Shown: piece by piece, positions 38,529-48,182 of the stretch
Layout: every line of letters starts with the position of its first letter
Position numbering within the stretch: position 1 is the stretch's first letter
Notes under the pieces: model-generated
Told to the model about the DNA's origin: nothing
Databases searched by the model: none
Seen by the model: the letters and a program-made list of their open reading frames with translations, nothing else
Assembly (NCBI GenBank): GCA_048940645.1
Contig: JBHLOI010000027.1
Span: 1-48,182, forward strand
Origin: Promethearchaeota archaeon
Lineage (GTDB): Archaea; Asgardarchaeota; Lokiarchaeia; Sigyniarchaeales; SOKP01
Direction: 5' to 3'
DNA length: 48,182 bases
Made by a program: the position numbers and the translations under genes

Positions 38529-39167
38529 ATGGTAAGAACGGAGTTAGTTTTTATAAAAAATAATGAAATCAAACTTGAGGCAGAATATTTCCAGTCAAAA
38601 AGGAAATTCAAAAAAGCAAATATGTTAATTATACATCCACATCCTCAATTTGGAGGAAATATGTATAATAATATTGTATCTGGAGTTTTTAATAAATTTA
38701 TTCAAGAGGATATCTCTAGTTTAAGATTTAATTTCAGAGGAGTAGGTAAATCCAGTGGAAATCATACGAGCGATAGGAATGAATTAAGCGACGTTAAAGC
38801 TTGCGTTGATTTTTTAATAAATGAAAAAAAAGTCGAAAACATATTCTTATGCGGATATTCTTATGGAGCTGCAATTGGTTGCTCTACGATTAATTATTCA
38901 GATAAAATTATTGCCTATGCTGCTATTTCTTTTCCTTGGGACTTTATGGGAAGTAAATATAAAAAACTCTCTCAATCAGATAAACCAAAATTTTTTTTAC
39001 AAGGAAATAGAGATGATATTGCATATTTTGAGAGATTTGAGATTCATTTTAATGATTATCAAGATCCAAAATATTTTCAAATAATAAATGGAGCAGATCA
39101 TTTTTATAGGGGATATGAATCTCAAGTAGCTGATAAAGTATATGAATTCTATGTTTCTTTAACTTAG
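38529..39167 (+). CDS. Alpha/beta hydrolase
   Basis: HPHPQFGGNMYN, RFNFRGVG, GYSYG, D, ADHF. Confidence 0.92.
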   Translation: MVRTELVFIKNNEIKLEAEYFQSKRKFKKANMLIIHPHPQFGGNMYNNIVSGVFNKFIQEDISSLRFNFRGVGKSSGNHTSDRNELSDVKACVDFLINEKKVENIFLCGYSYGAAIGCSTINYSDKIIAYAAISFPWDFMGSKYKKLSQSDKPKFFLQGNRDDIAYFERFEIHFNDYQDPKYFQIINGADHFYRGYESQVADKVYEFYVSLT

Positions 39168-39177
39168 CAAAATATTT

Positions 39178-40215
39178 TTAAGGAAATTTAACCAGAACTT
39201 TTCCGAATTGTTTCCCCTCGTTTAGGTAATTTTCGGCTTTAACTATATCATCAAAATCGAAGGTTTTATCAATTATAGGATCTAAATATCCTTTAAAAAT
39301 TAAGTTCATAACTTCTCTGAATTCATTTTGGTTTCCCATAGAGGAGCCTTTTATTTCCAAATGTTTCCAAAAGATATGTCTAATGTCTATTTCAGCTAAG
39401 GGACCTGTAGTGCTTCCTGGTGTAATTAAACGACCACCTAATCTCAATAGACGTAAACTAGTTTTAAATGTAGCTTTACCTATACTATCTATTACAATAT
39501 CTACGCCTTGCTTATTTGTTAGTTTCTCGTAAACAAATTTATCATAATTAGGTGTTTCTTTATAATTAATTACAAAATCAGCCCCAATATCTTTAGCTTT
39601 TCTCATTTTTTCTTGATTACTGGTTGTTGCAATAACAGTTCCACCAAAATATTTAGCAATTTGAATTGCAGCTGAAGAAACACCACCCCCAGCTCCATGT
39701 ATAAAAACAATATCACCTCGACTCATTCTGGCTTGTGTTTTTAGCATTCTATAAGCTGTTAGAAAGGTTAAAGGCGCTGCTGCAGCTTTATCAAGTGTAA
39801 AACTACTTGGTAATTTTAAAACATTAACTTCGGGGACTTTAAAGTATTCAGCAAAAGTTCCCCATCCATATTCTCCCATTATAGAAAAATCTTTACAGTA
39901 AACCTGTTTACCAGAGAGACACATATGACATTTTCCACAACTGGTTCCTGGATTTACAGAGACTCTATCTCCCTCTTGAAAATTTGTTACCTCAGACCCT
40001 AATTCTTTAATTATCCCACTTCCATCTGATCCAAAAACGTGAGGCATTTTAAGGTTTAATCCTGGCCATCCATTAATTAAGAACAAATCAATATGATTTA
40101 AAGCAGCATATTTCGTTTCAATTAGTACTTCATTAGCTGCTATTTTGGGAGCATTCACCTCCCCTACTATTAATTTTTCTATGTTACCATGTTCTTTAAT
40201 AAAAGCAGCCTTCAT
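39178..40215 (-). CDS. Zinc-binding (MDR) dehydrogenase / quinone oxidoreductase-like
   Basis: ALNHID, GSDGSG, CGKCHMCLSG...C, HGAGGGV. Confidence 0.92.
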   Translation of the reverse strand: MKAAFIKEHGNIEKLIVGEVNAPKIAANEVLIETKYAALNHIDLFLINGWPGLNLKMPHVFGSDGSGIIKELGSEVTNFQEGDRVSVNPGTSCGKCHMCLSGKQVYCKDFSIMGEYGWGTFAEYFKVPEVNVLKLPSSFTLDKAAAAPLTFLTAYRMLKTQARMSRGDIVFIHGAGGGVSSAAIQIAKYFGGTVIATTSNQEKMRKAKDIGADFVINYKETPNYDKFVYEKLTNKQGVDIVIDSIGKATFKTSLRLLRLGGRLITPGSTTGPLAEIDIRHIFWKHLEIKGSSMGNQNEFREVMNLIFKGYLDPIIDKTFDFDDIVKAENYLNEGKQFGKVLVKFP

Positions 40216-40220
40216 ATTCT

Positions 40221-40245
40221 TTTAATTGCTACAATAGCAATTAAA
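40221..40245. repeat. Perfect 11-bp inverted repeat
   Basis: TTTAATTGCTA-caa-TAGCAATTAAA, 5 nt upstream of the MDR dehydrogenase start codon. Confidence 0.7.
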
Positions 40246-40320
40246 CTTCACATTTCTAAATTATAAAAAAATCAATCTCATTAATTATATTAACAATGAT
40301 AAATGAAACAATATTAAAAA

Positions 40321-40719
40321 TCAAATCGAAGAAAGCTTTTCAAGATCATCACGACTGTTGTCCTCAGCCCAATCTAAAAGTTGATCGTAATATTTTTCAA
40401 TATCTTCAGATTCAGGTACTTTTGAAAGCACTGCTAGAAGAAACTGAGTTTTCTGGTCCGTCATAGTTATATTTCTGCAAACGATAAAGTCATTTAAATA
40501 TTTTATTTTCATGCTTGTAAGTTGAGATAAACTTAATTCTTCAGATGCTTTGTAAGCTGCATCACTTAGTAATGAACCCATGGCAGCAATCACTCTTTCA
40601 TCAACATCATCGGCTTTTTGCGAAGCCAGTACCAATCCCGTGGAGGTTGAAAACAAAGAGGCTCGAAAATTACCATTATCATTTAATTCTTTAAGGACCA
40701 TTTCTAATCTGCTAACCAT
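40321..40719 (-). CDS. Roadblock/LC7 domain protein
   Basis: LEMVLKEL...ASLFSTSTGLVLAS...DERVIAAMGSLL...ASEEL; ATG at 40719. Confidence 0.82.
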   Translation of the reverse strand: MVSRLEMVLKELNDNGNFRASLFSTSTGLVLASQKADDVDERVIAAMGSLLSDAAYKASEELSLSQLTSMKIKYLNDFIVCRNITMTDQKTQFLLAVLSKVPESEDIEKYYDQLLDWAEDNSRDDLEKLSSI

Positions 40720-40837
40720 AAGAAAAATCACATAATTTTGTTTATTGAATGATATTATCGCGTAATATATCTTGTATAATAAATATGAACTTTCTATTAT
40801 TTAATTTTAATTAATTTTATAATTAACTTATTTAATT

Positions 40838-41359
40838 TTATATATTTAGATTAATTAAAAAAGTCGTTAAAATCTCATCCTTATCTATATTTAGGGTAAT
40901 AACACTTGGTCTTGCTTTTGGAGTATCAAACCCTTTTTTCTGGGGTGGTGCTTTTGGTTGAGTAGGACTTCCAGGATTAATAATTAATGTATTATAAGGA
41001 GTTCCCTTTATCATTGGTTGGTGGGTATGACCCGTAATTAATATATGTAAATTATTATCTTTGAAAAATTCTTCTATACCCTTTGGTAGTATATGAATTA
41101 CTCCAATATTGTATTTACTCACTGAAAATTTAATAAAATCTGGCAAATTTTCGATTTTATCTTTATTTCCACGTACACATTTAGTTGGAACAATTTTTTC
41201 TAGTTCATCCAAAAAAGCACTAATGCATACATCTCCAACATGAATAATCTCATCTACATCTTTGAATGCTTTTTTTAATTGATCTATTAAATTTCTATAC
41301 TTGAGTATTTCATCTTTAGAAGTAATATGAGTATCTGCAATTATTCCGAATTTAACCAT
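40838..41359 (-). CDS. YfcE/MJ0936/Vps29-family metallophosphoesterase
   Basis: ADTH, HVGD, VRGNKD, GHTH, NPGSPT. Confidence 0.9.
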   Translation of the reverse strand: MVKFGIIADTHITSKDEILKYRNLIDQLKKAFKDVDEIIHVGDVCISAFLDELEKIVPTKCVRGNKDKIENLPDFIKFSVSKYNIGVIHILPKGIEEFFKDNNLHILITGHTHQPMIKGTPYNTLIINPGSPTQPKAPPQKKGFDTPKARPSVITLNIDKDEILTTFLINLNI

Positions 41360-41374
41360 AATAATCCTAACTTT

Positions 41375-42445
41375 TTACATTAAAAGAATACTAACTAGGA
41401 AGATAATGGCTCCAAAAAGGAAGTCTGCTAGAATTCTAACAATTTTATGTGTGGTATTCTCTTTAATTCTTATATCATTCTTAAAATAAGAACCAAATTC
41501 TTTAGATCCAATAGATAAACCTTCTTTAATCCTAGGAAATTGCCAAATTAACAATATTACGCTAATTATCAGTAATGGGCAGTATAAAAATAGTGCTGTA
41601 TAGATAAAGTCATTTCCGTGCAAATAATTCCATACGGCATGCAATGTAATAATATTATTAACAGCATGGGCGAAAATAGCAGGGAAGAGCCACCTTTTTC
41701 TTATTACAAGCATTGCCAAGATAATCCCTACAAAAAATGATTGTAGAAACCAAATTAAAGGGTAAATAATGGGTAAATTAATTGTATACGGTGTAAATAG
41801 ATAATTAAAATGACCTAAACCAAAAGAAAAGGAAGATATTATTACAGCAGACATATTATGAATATAATCACTTCCTCTATTCGCTAAGAATCCTCTATCT
41901 CTTGATTCTTCATATATAGAAACACTAACTTGTACTATTAATACAGAAATGATGAAAATATCATAGTCATTTATTAGATAAGAGTTCAAAGAAGTTGGAG
42001 AATAAACATTTAAAGCAATTATAGAATATTCTAATAAATCAGGTAAAAATAAGTAAGTAAAAAAATCTAATGGGATAAAAACTAAAAATAATAGAAGAAT
42101 GCCATATAAAAGTTGATACTTATAATTGTTTTCTGAAATACTAAACAATCTTAAAAATTTTTTTGAAGAGCTGATATCCTCCTTTATTATTAATTCTTTC
42201 TTTTGTGGTTCGAAGGCAAAATTAGAAACAAATAGGAAAGTTGGAATCGCAGCTACAATAAGCAAAGCTCTAAATAAAAAATATAAAGGTTCATAAGCTT
42301 TTGAAGTTGTATCTACTATTAAATTTGGTAGGATTAGGAGTATTAAAAAAAAAATAAATATCCCAAGGTATATCGTTAGAACTTCTAAAAAGAAATAAAG
42401 TCTGTGCTTAAATATTGATTTTATTGAGCTCTTAGGCTTTGCCAT
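41375..42445 (-). CDS. CPBP (CAAX protease/Abi) family intramembrane metalloprotease
   Basis: EESRDRG, FGLGH, HAVNN motifs in a multi-TM protein. Confidence 0.88.
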   Translation of the reverse strand: MAKPKSSIKSIFKHRLYFFLEVLTIYLGIFIFFLILLILPNLIVDTTSKAYEPLYFLFRALLIVAAIPTFLFVSNFAFEPQKKELIIKEDISSSKKFLRLFSISENNYKYQLLYGILLLFLVFIPLDFFTYLFLPDLLEYSIIALNVYSPTSLNSYLINDYDIFIISVLIVQVSVSIYEESRDRGFLANRGSDYIHNMSAVIISSFSFGLGHFNYLFTPYTINLPIIYPLIWFLQSFFVGIILAMLVIRKRWLFPAIFAHAVNNIITLHAVWNYLHGNDFIYTALFLYCPLLIISVILLIWQFPRIKEGLSIGSKEFGSYFKNDIRIKENTTHKIVRILADFLFGAIIFLVSILLM

Positions 42446-42529
42446 AAATTAATCGCGTATTAGTTAATATGAATAACATACTATTGATTTAAAAAATTTT
42501 AAACTTTATTATTTTATTGTTTTGAATTC

Positions 42530-43717
42530 TTATGTTAAATCATAACTAAACGATCCAAATTCTGATTTTATTTCTACTACATTTTTATTTTGCTTTGATC
42601 TCTTCTCACATTGACCTATAACTTTTGCATTAATTTTGTATTTTTTGGCAATATTGATGATATCCTTAGATATAGAATCATTACAATAAATTTCCATTCT
42701 ATGTCCCATGTTAAAAACTTGGTACATTTCATTCCATGGGGCTTCAGATGATTTTTGAATAATCTGAAATATTTTTGGGATTTTAAACATATTATTCTTA
42801 ATATACTTTAAACCACTCCCGAATTTTAATACCTTTGTCTGTCCACCACCAGTATTATGGATTAAGCCATGCAATTCTCTCTTAAACCTTTTTAATACAT
42901 CCAATAGAACTGGGAGGTAGGTTCTTGTTGGAGAAAGAAGTGCTCTGCCGATTGTCATATTCAGATCTTTAAGTTCATCTGTTAATAAGTAGTGTCCAAA
43001 AAAAATCGATTTCTCATCAATATTAGAATCAAAACATTCGGGATATTTTTTATAATAATCATGAGAAAACACTCCATGTCTAGCTAAAGTCAATCCATTA
43101 CTTCCTATTCCACTATTATATTCCTCCTCGTAGGACGCTTTTCCATAACTAGCTAAACCTATTATTACATCATCCTTTTGTATATTACTAGCATCAATTA
43201 TATTATCTCGTTTAATTGATGTGAATATGGACGCATCAACTAGTAACGTTTTAACTATATCACCTACATCAGCAGTTTCACCCCCACAAGTAATTATATT
43301 TAACCCAAAATTAGAGAGTTTTCTGCTATAAGATTCATATTCATTAATAATAGTACCAATAACATCTCCAGAAATTAGATTACTATTTCGGCTGATGGTA
43401 TTCGATAAAAAAATATCCCCCGTTTCTCCAACACATAATATATCGTCTATATTCATAACAATAGCATCTCTCACGATACCCCTAAAAACTGATATATCAT
43501 TTGTTTCTTTATAATACATATAAGCCAAATTAGCTTTTGTACCTGCTCCATCAGAATGAAAAATGGAGCAATAATCATCTCGATTATAGACATCTCTAAC
43601 AATTTTACAAAAAGCACCGGGAAATAATCCCTTATCTAGTGATGTAATTGCTTTATGGAGTTCCTCCTTTTTGGATGAAACTCCTAACTGAGAATAAATA
43701 TCCTTATTATTTGTCAT
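42530..43717 (-). CDS. purM: Phosphoribosylformylglycinamidine cyclo-ligase (AIR synthetase)
   Basis: DGAGTK, MNIDDILCVG, GGETADVGD, GSNG, LSPTRTY, FNMGHRME; ATG at 43717. Confidence 0.93.
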   Translation of the reverse strand: MTNNKDIYSQLGVSSKKEELHKAITSLDKGLFPGAFCKIVRDVYNRDDYCSIFHSDGAGTKANLAYMYYKETNDISVFRGIVRDAIVMNIDDILCVGETGDIFLSNTISRNSNLISGDVIGTIINEYESYSRKLSNFGLNIITCGGETADVGDIVKTLLVDASIFTSIKRDNIIDASNIQKDDVIIGLASYGKASYEEEYNSGIGSNGLTLARHGVFSHDYYKKYPECFDSNIDEKSIFFGHYLLTDELKDLNMTIGRALLSPTRTYLPVLLDVLKRFKRELHGLIHNTGGGQTKVLKFGSGLKYIKNNMFKIPKIFQIIQKSSEAPWNEMYQVFNMGHRMEIYCNDSISKDIINIAKKYKINAKVIGQCEKRSKQNKNVVEIKSEFGSFSYDLT

Positions 43718-43718
43718 T

Positions 43719-45086
43719 TTAAAAATCAAATTTATTTTTAAGAAATTTTATTAAATCTTCAGTTTGAACAACGGATTTGCCAATATATTTATGAGGGTCT
43801 AGTAAATCATCCAATTCTTCCTTAGTGAATTTATCTCTAATCTTATTATTTTCAAGTAAAATATCTTTAATCAAGCGATCTTCTTTTTTAGATATAATGG
43901 CAGATTGTCTTAAGATTTCATGCCCTTCTTGCCTTCCTATACCTCTAGCAACTAATTTCACCATTACTTTTTCAGATAAACAGGCGCCTTTTGTAAGGTT
44001 AAGGTTCTCTTCGATTTTATTCATATCGAATTCGATATCTTTTAAGTTGTTAGTCAATTGTTTTATCATAAAATCTAATAATATAAAATTTTCAGCAAAG
44101 ATGATTCTTTCATTTGCAGAATTTGTAATATCTCTTTCATCTTCAAGTATAACATTATCTAATGCAGGAATTACGTTTGATTTAAGTATCCTTGCTAAAC
44201 TACAAATTCTTTCAGATTTATGGGGATTTCTTTTATGAGGCATCGTTGAACTACCTACTTGAGCTTTTTTGAATGGTTCAAACATCTCGGATATTTCAGT
44301 TCGTTGTAAAATTCGAAATTCTGTAGCTATTTTTGCTAAGGTTTGACCAATTAAAGAGGTTAAAAGTATTACCTCCGCATGCCTATCTCTTTGAATTATC
44401 TGATTTGCAATTAGGACAGGACTTAAATCAATTTCTTTCATTACTTCTTTTTGCAATTTAATACCATAATCTCCAAAACTCGCCATAGTTCCAACAGCTC
44501 CTGACATCTTTCCATAAGAAATACGCTCAATTACCTCATTTAAGCGATCAAGGTGTCTATTTACTTCATAAGCCCATACACCAAATCTCATACCATATGT
44601 CGTAGGTAGAGCATGTTGTCCATGTGTTCTTCCAATACAAACAACATTCTTATTTTTATCCATTAAAGAAATTAATTCCTTCATTAGAAGTAATAGCGAT
44701 TTTTTGATATTTTTAAGCGCTTCCTTTATTTGTAAGGCTAATGCTGTATCTTCAATATCATAACTTGTTGCCCCTAAGTGAATATATTTACCCGCATCAC
44801 CTTCACATTGTTCTGTTAATGCTTTTATCATAGCCATTAAATCGTGATGGATTTCCCTATCAATTTCTTTCACACGCTCTAATTTCACATATTTCAAATT
44901 GGATTTTTTAACAATTTCTTCTGCTACTTCTTGAGGTAAATTACCAAACTTCGCATGAACTTTTGCTAAAACACCCTCAATTCTTAACCAATTTTCTAAT
45001 TTTTTCTCTTCTGTAAATAACTCAGCTATCTCAGTGCGATAACGGTTTTCAATCGGATGAACAAATTTATGACTCATATCACTCAA
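43719..45086 (-). CDS. purB: Adenylosuccinate lyase
   Basis: HLGATSYD, GRTHGQHA, GSSTMPHKRNP. Confidence 0.96.
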   Translation of the reverse strand: MSDMSHKFVHPIENRYRTEIAELFTEEKKLENWLRIEGVLAKVHAKFGNLPQEVAEEIVKKSNLKYVKLERVKEIDREIHHDLMAMIKALTEQCEGDAGKYIHLGATSYDIEDTALALQIKEALKNIKKSLLLLMKELISLMDKNKNVVCIGRTHGQHALPTTYGMRFGVWAYEVNRHLDRLNEVIERISYGKMSGAVGTMASFGDYGIKLQKEVMKEIDLSPVLIANQIIQRDRHAEVILLTSLIGQTLAKIATEFRILQRTEISEMFEPFKKAQVGSSTMPHKRNPHKSERICSLARILKSNVIPALDNVILEDERDITNSANERIIFAENFILLDFMIKQLTNNLKDIEFDMNKIEENLNLTKGACLSEKVMVKLVARGIGRQEGHEILRQSAIISKKEDRLIKDILLENNKIRDKFTKEELDDLLDPHKYIGKSVVQTEDLIKFLKNKFDF

Positions 45087-45298
45087 CTTTGACCTTTCTA
45101 ATTTAGATTAAGTAAAATTTTAATATTATCTTTTTTATTAAAAAGCTGATATCTTATTTGAGTAGGATTACCAATTTATGCTTTAATTAGTAGAATATTC
45201 AATCCTTAATAATGAATTCCTATGTATTTTATATAGCAAATCACTAAATTTTTTATCTTAATTGAATTTTAAATCTATCTCGCTTTCTGTAATTTGGA

Positions 45299-45547
45299 AT
45301 GCAGAATATTCAGAAATATTATTTCTATAGATGCTATCATTGCGGAGAATGGTATTATATTAATAAAATAATAAAAACAAAGAAATGTTGGAAGTGTAAT
45401 CGTTCATTCCAATTTAAAAATTCAGCAAAGTTCTCAAAAGAGTGTATACTTTCTCAAGCAATTAAAATTATAAAACATCTAAAAGAGAAAGCAGTAAAGG
45501 AAAACTTAACAAAATATCAGAAAGGAATTCCAAAAGAAATCATTTGA
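45299..45547 (+). CDS. Small zinc-ribbon protein (DUF1922-like)
   Basis: RCYHCG...KKCWKCNR. Confidence 0.7.
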   Translation: MQNIQKYYFYRCYHCGEWYYINKIIKTKKCWKCNRSFQFKNSAKFSKECILSQAIKIIKHLKEKAVKENLTKYQKGIPKEII

Positions 45548-45602
45548 ATTGAACTAATATAAAGAATAAAATTCTTTAATTTAGTATTATTCAATCTTTT
45601 TA
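45548..45602 (+). terminator. Hairpin plus T-tract after zinc-ribbon gene
   Basis: ATTGAA/TTCAAT outer stem and TAAAGAAT/ATTCTTTA inner stem, followed by a T run. Confidence 0.35.
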
Positions 45603-45657
45603 TTAGATTTGTTTTTTTTTACAGTCGCAATGCAAATACTATTATTAGCTGTGTACA

Positions 45658-47109
45658 ATGGAAATTGCTGATGAATTAAAAATATATGATGATAATTTGG
45701 TTAAAGAACTTTCAAATTTAGCTAGAAATAATATTGAATATTGGGATATTAGAACGGCTTTAAATAATGGAACAGTTTTAAGTTTCACAAATCAACGAAG
45801 TAAAGAAATTAGCTCATATGAGACTTTAGAATGCGGAATAAGAGCATTTATTAATGGAGGATGGGGTTTTTGTGTCATAAAAAAAATAGATAAAAATAAT
45901 ATTATAGATGGTTTTTTAAAAGCGATAAAATTAGCAAAGAAATCACAATCTCTATGTAAATTTCAATTTAATATAAAAGAAAGTGCTCCACTTAATAAAA
46001 AATTTAAAATTAAAAGCTTAAGGAATTTAGAAAGCATTGATATTAAAGATAAAATTGAAATTGTAAAAATCCATGAGGATATTTCTTCAAAATATTCTAA
46101 AGAAATAAAAAATACCCGTACAGTATATTTAGATGGATATTTTAAAAATTTATTTTTAAATTCATTCGGAAGTCATGTTTATCAGGATCTAGAAGTTTTA
46201 CGTCTTTTTTCAGCCGTTTATGCTCAAAGGAAAGGATTAATCCAAAACGCAATGAATTCAGTAGGAGGGGTAGGGGGATTTGAAATATTGGAAACAGAGG
46301 ATGCTCAAAATATAAGTTTAAAATCAGCAAAACAAGCGATAATGCTTCTAGATGCTAAATCTCCTGTTGGTGGTAAATTTAACGTTATAATGGATCCTAA
46401 ATTAACAGGAACATTCATTCATGAAGCTTTTGGCCATGCTTGCGAAGCAGATATTGTTTTAAATAAAGAAAGCATATTAGAGGATAAAATTGGAAAAACT
46501 GTTGCAATTGAAGAAGTAAATGTTATTGATGATCCAACTATAGGTCAAGGTAAACAATTCAAATTACCATATGAATTATATGGGAGTTATAATGTGGATG
46601 ATGAGGGGATTCCTTCACAAAAAACCGTAATAATTGAAAATGGTGTTCTTCGAAACTTTTTACACAATATAGAAACAGCATCCAGAATGTCAATAGAGCC
46701 TAATGGTCATGGGAGGGCAAATTCAAGTGTTGCAATGCCTCAAGTCAGAATGGGATTCACCTATTTGGAGCCAAAAGATTGGAAGTTGGAGGAAATGATT
46801 GAAGACACAAAATCTGGAGTACTTTGTGAGGATTTTCAGTATGGATATACAGATACCACCACTGGAAATTTTCAATTTAAATGCAAATTTTCTTACAGAA
46901 TTGAGAATGGAGAGAAAAAAGAATTAATGAGAGATGTATCTCTTTCTGGAATGACATTAGAGGTTTTAAAAAGAATTACCGCTATTGGGGATAGAAGTAC
47001 TTTTAATTATTCTGATGGCATATGTGGGAAAGGTGGTCAAGGTGTTCGAGTTTGTGATGGTGGACCGTTTATTAGAATTGAGGACATTACGGTGGGAGGA
47101 CTTAATTAA
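45658..47109 (+). CDS. tldD: TldD metalloprotease subunit
   Basis: HEAFGHACEAD, DDEG, NGHGRA, PQVRM, CGKGGQ. Confidence 0.93.
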   Translation: MEIADELKIYDDNLVKELSNLARNNIEYWDIRTALNNGTVLSFTNQRSKEISSYETLECGIRAFINGGWGFCVIKKIDKNNIIDGFLKAIKLAKKSQSLCKFQFNIKESAPLNKKFKIKSLRNLESIDIKDKIEIVKIHEDISSKYSKEIKNTRTVYLDGYFKNLFLNSFGSHVYQDLEVLRLFSAVYAQRKGLIQNAMNSVGGVGGFEILETEDAQNISLKSAKQAIMLLDAKSPVGGKFNVIMDPKLTGTFIHEAFGHACEADIVLNKESILEDKIGKTVAIEEVNVIDDPTIGQGKQFKLPYELYGSYNVDDEGIPSQKTVIIENGVLRNFLHNIETASRMSIEPNGHGRANSSVAMPQVRMGFTYLEPKDWKLEEMIEDTKSGVLCEDFQYGYTDTTTGNFQFKCKFSYRIENGEKKELMRDVSLSGMTLEVLKRITAIGDRSTFNYSDGICGKGGQGVRVCDGGPFIRIEDITVGGLN

Positions 47110-48182
47110 TGCAAAATAAATCTGATATTTCTAATCTCGCATTATTCGCACTTAATATTGCTGAAAAGTTAACAGTAAAATTCGCTGAAATATATTTTTC
47201 TCTAAGTGATTATTTAAATATAGATATAGAAGAAAACTCAATAAAAAATAATGAAATTGGGAGCGATCTGGGGGTTGGAATTCGTGTTATTAATCAAAAG
47301 GGTTCATTAGGGTTTGCATATACAAATCGACTTGAAAGAAAATATATTGAGAATATGGTTAAAACTGCCATCAGTATGATGAGAACCGGGACTGAAGATC
47401 CTGATTTTAAAGATTTACCACCTAAATATGAGGTTTATAAAACCGTTAATGGTTTATATGATAGAGATATAAAATATTTATCAATTGAGGATTCAATACT
47501 ATACGCAGAGGATTTAATCAATATATGTGACAAAGACGATATGGCAATTTCCCAATCTGGTAATTTCTCATCTAGTTATAATAAAACTTTTATCTTCAAT
47601 TCTAATGGTCTTAATATAGACTCAAAAACTACAATTAGCTCTATTTCTTCACATGTTATTGTTAAGGATAAAATAACAAATGATACTTCTTTTGGTTTTG
47701 AAAGTCAGATTGAAAGGAATTTAAATGATATTAATGGTAAAAATGTTGTTAAAACCGCACTGAAAAATGCGAAAAGGAATTTAAATAGAAAGAAAATAAA
47801 AAGCATAAAAGCACCATTAATTCTTACCCCGAAAGGGGTAATTAGTTTCATTTTAAGACCACTAGCTTCAGCTATCAATGCAGAAACCTTCCAGTACAAA
47901 AGAAGCTTCCTGGTTGACAGGAGAGGCGAATATCTTGGACCAGATTTTTTAGATATTGAGGATAATGCTTTAATTGATGGTGCTGTAGGATCCGCTACAT
48001 TTGATGGAGAAGGTGTACCTTGTAAAAATAAAAGAGTTATCGAAAAGGGTAAATTCTTAAAATCTGGCTTATTACATAATAGCTATACCGCAGGAAAAGA
48101 GGGTGTTGAGAGTTCTGGAAATGCAGCACGTGATTCATATAGTTCTCTTCCAGCTATAGGCATTACAAACTTGATTCTTCAA
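47109..48182 (+). CDS. pmbA: PmbA/TldE subunit, 3' truncated by window end (absent from ORF track)
   Basis: ATG overlaps the tldD stop (TAATG); reads MQNKSDISNLALFAL...GVGIRVI...GFAYTN...FDGEGVP...GNAAR. Confidence 0.88.
   Translation, partial: MQNKSDISNLALFALNIAEKLTVKFAEIYFSLSDYLNIDIEENSIKNNEIGSDLGVGIRVINQKGSLGFAYTNRLERKYIENMVKTAISMMRTGTEDPDFKDLPPKYEVYKTVNGLYDRDIKYLSIEDSILYAEDLINICDKDDMAISQSGNFSSSYNKTFIFNSNGLNIDSKTTISSISSHVIVKDKITNDTSFGFESQIERNLNDINGKNVVKTALKNAKRNLNRKKIKSIKAPLILTPKGVISFILRPLASAINAETFQYKRSFLVDRRGEYLGPDFLDIEDNALIDGAVGSATFDGEGVPCKNKRVIEKGKFLKSGLLHNSYTAGKEGVESSGNAARDSYSSLPAIGITNLILQ

Noticed and set aside
1280-47899. Short overlapping ORFs in the track (e.g. 1280-1576, 5783-6112, 11274-11498, 13580-13870, 14093-14374, 18387-18860, 43825-44238, 47705-47899)
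   Set aside because: Antisense or alternate-frame shadows of well-supported genes, with no motifs.
1-48182. CRISPR arrays, tRNA/rRNA genes, transposases, selenoprotein TGA codons
   Set aside because: None detected by eye; intergenic gaps are short and AT-rich. In-frame, stop-free BHB introns in other genes cannot be excluded without alignments.

Overview
AT-rich, gene-dense archaeal window, most likely from an Asgard archaeon of the Lokiarchaeia type. This is inferred from archaeal information-processing genes (CDC48, FEN1, NOB1, aIF5A, SRP54, ZPR1) together with roadblock- and longin-like proteins. It holds about 45 mostly housekeeping or metabolic CDSs; I saw no tRNA, rRNA, CRISPR array or transposase. 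The main result is the phosphofructokinase gene (3289-4495, +), which the ORF track splits into pieces. It is interrupted by two tiny inserts, 31 nt (3329-3359) and 30 nt (3645-3674). Each folds with its flanks into an archaeal bulge-helix-bulge (BHB) motif, and the predicted endonuclease cuts restore the invariant GGGDCPG and GGDDT motifs exactly. Both inserts lie in the same 9-nt context, GGYGGAG^AC. The spliced product is an intact 381-aa PPi-type PFK starting at a non-canonical ATA. This points to EndA-type mRNA introns in a core metabolic gene of an Asgard archaeon; it is an inference until RNA data confirm it. Secondary observations: other near-cognate start codons behind strong SD sites, a pseudo-DapA/APH-kinase fusion, a dehydrogenase/class II aldolase fusion, a 7TM + longin gene pair, and a possibly structured intergenic RNA.
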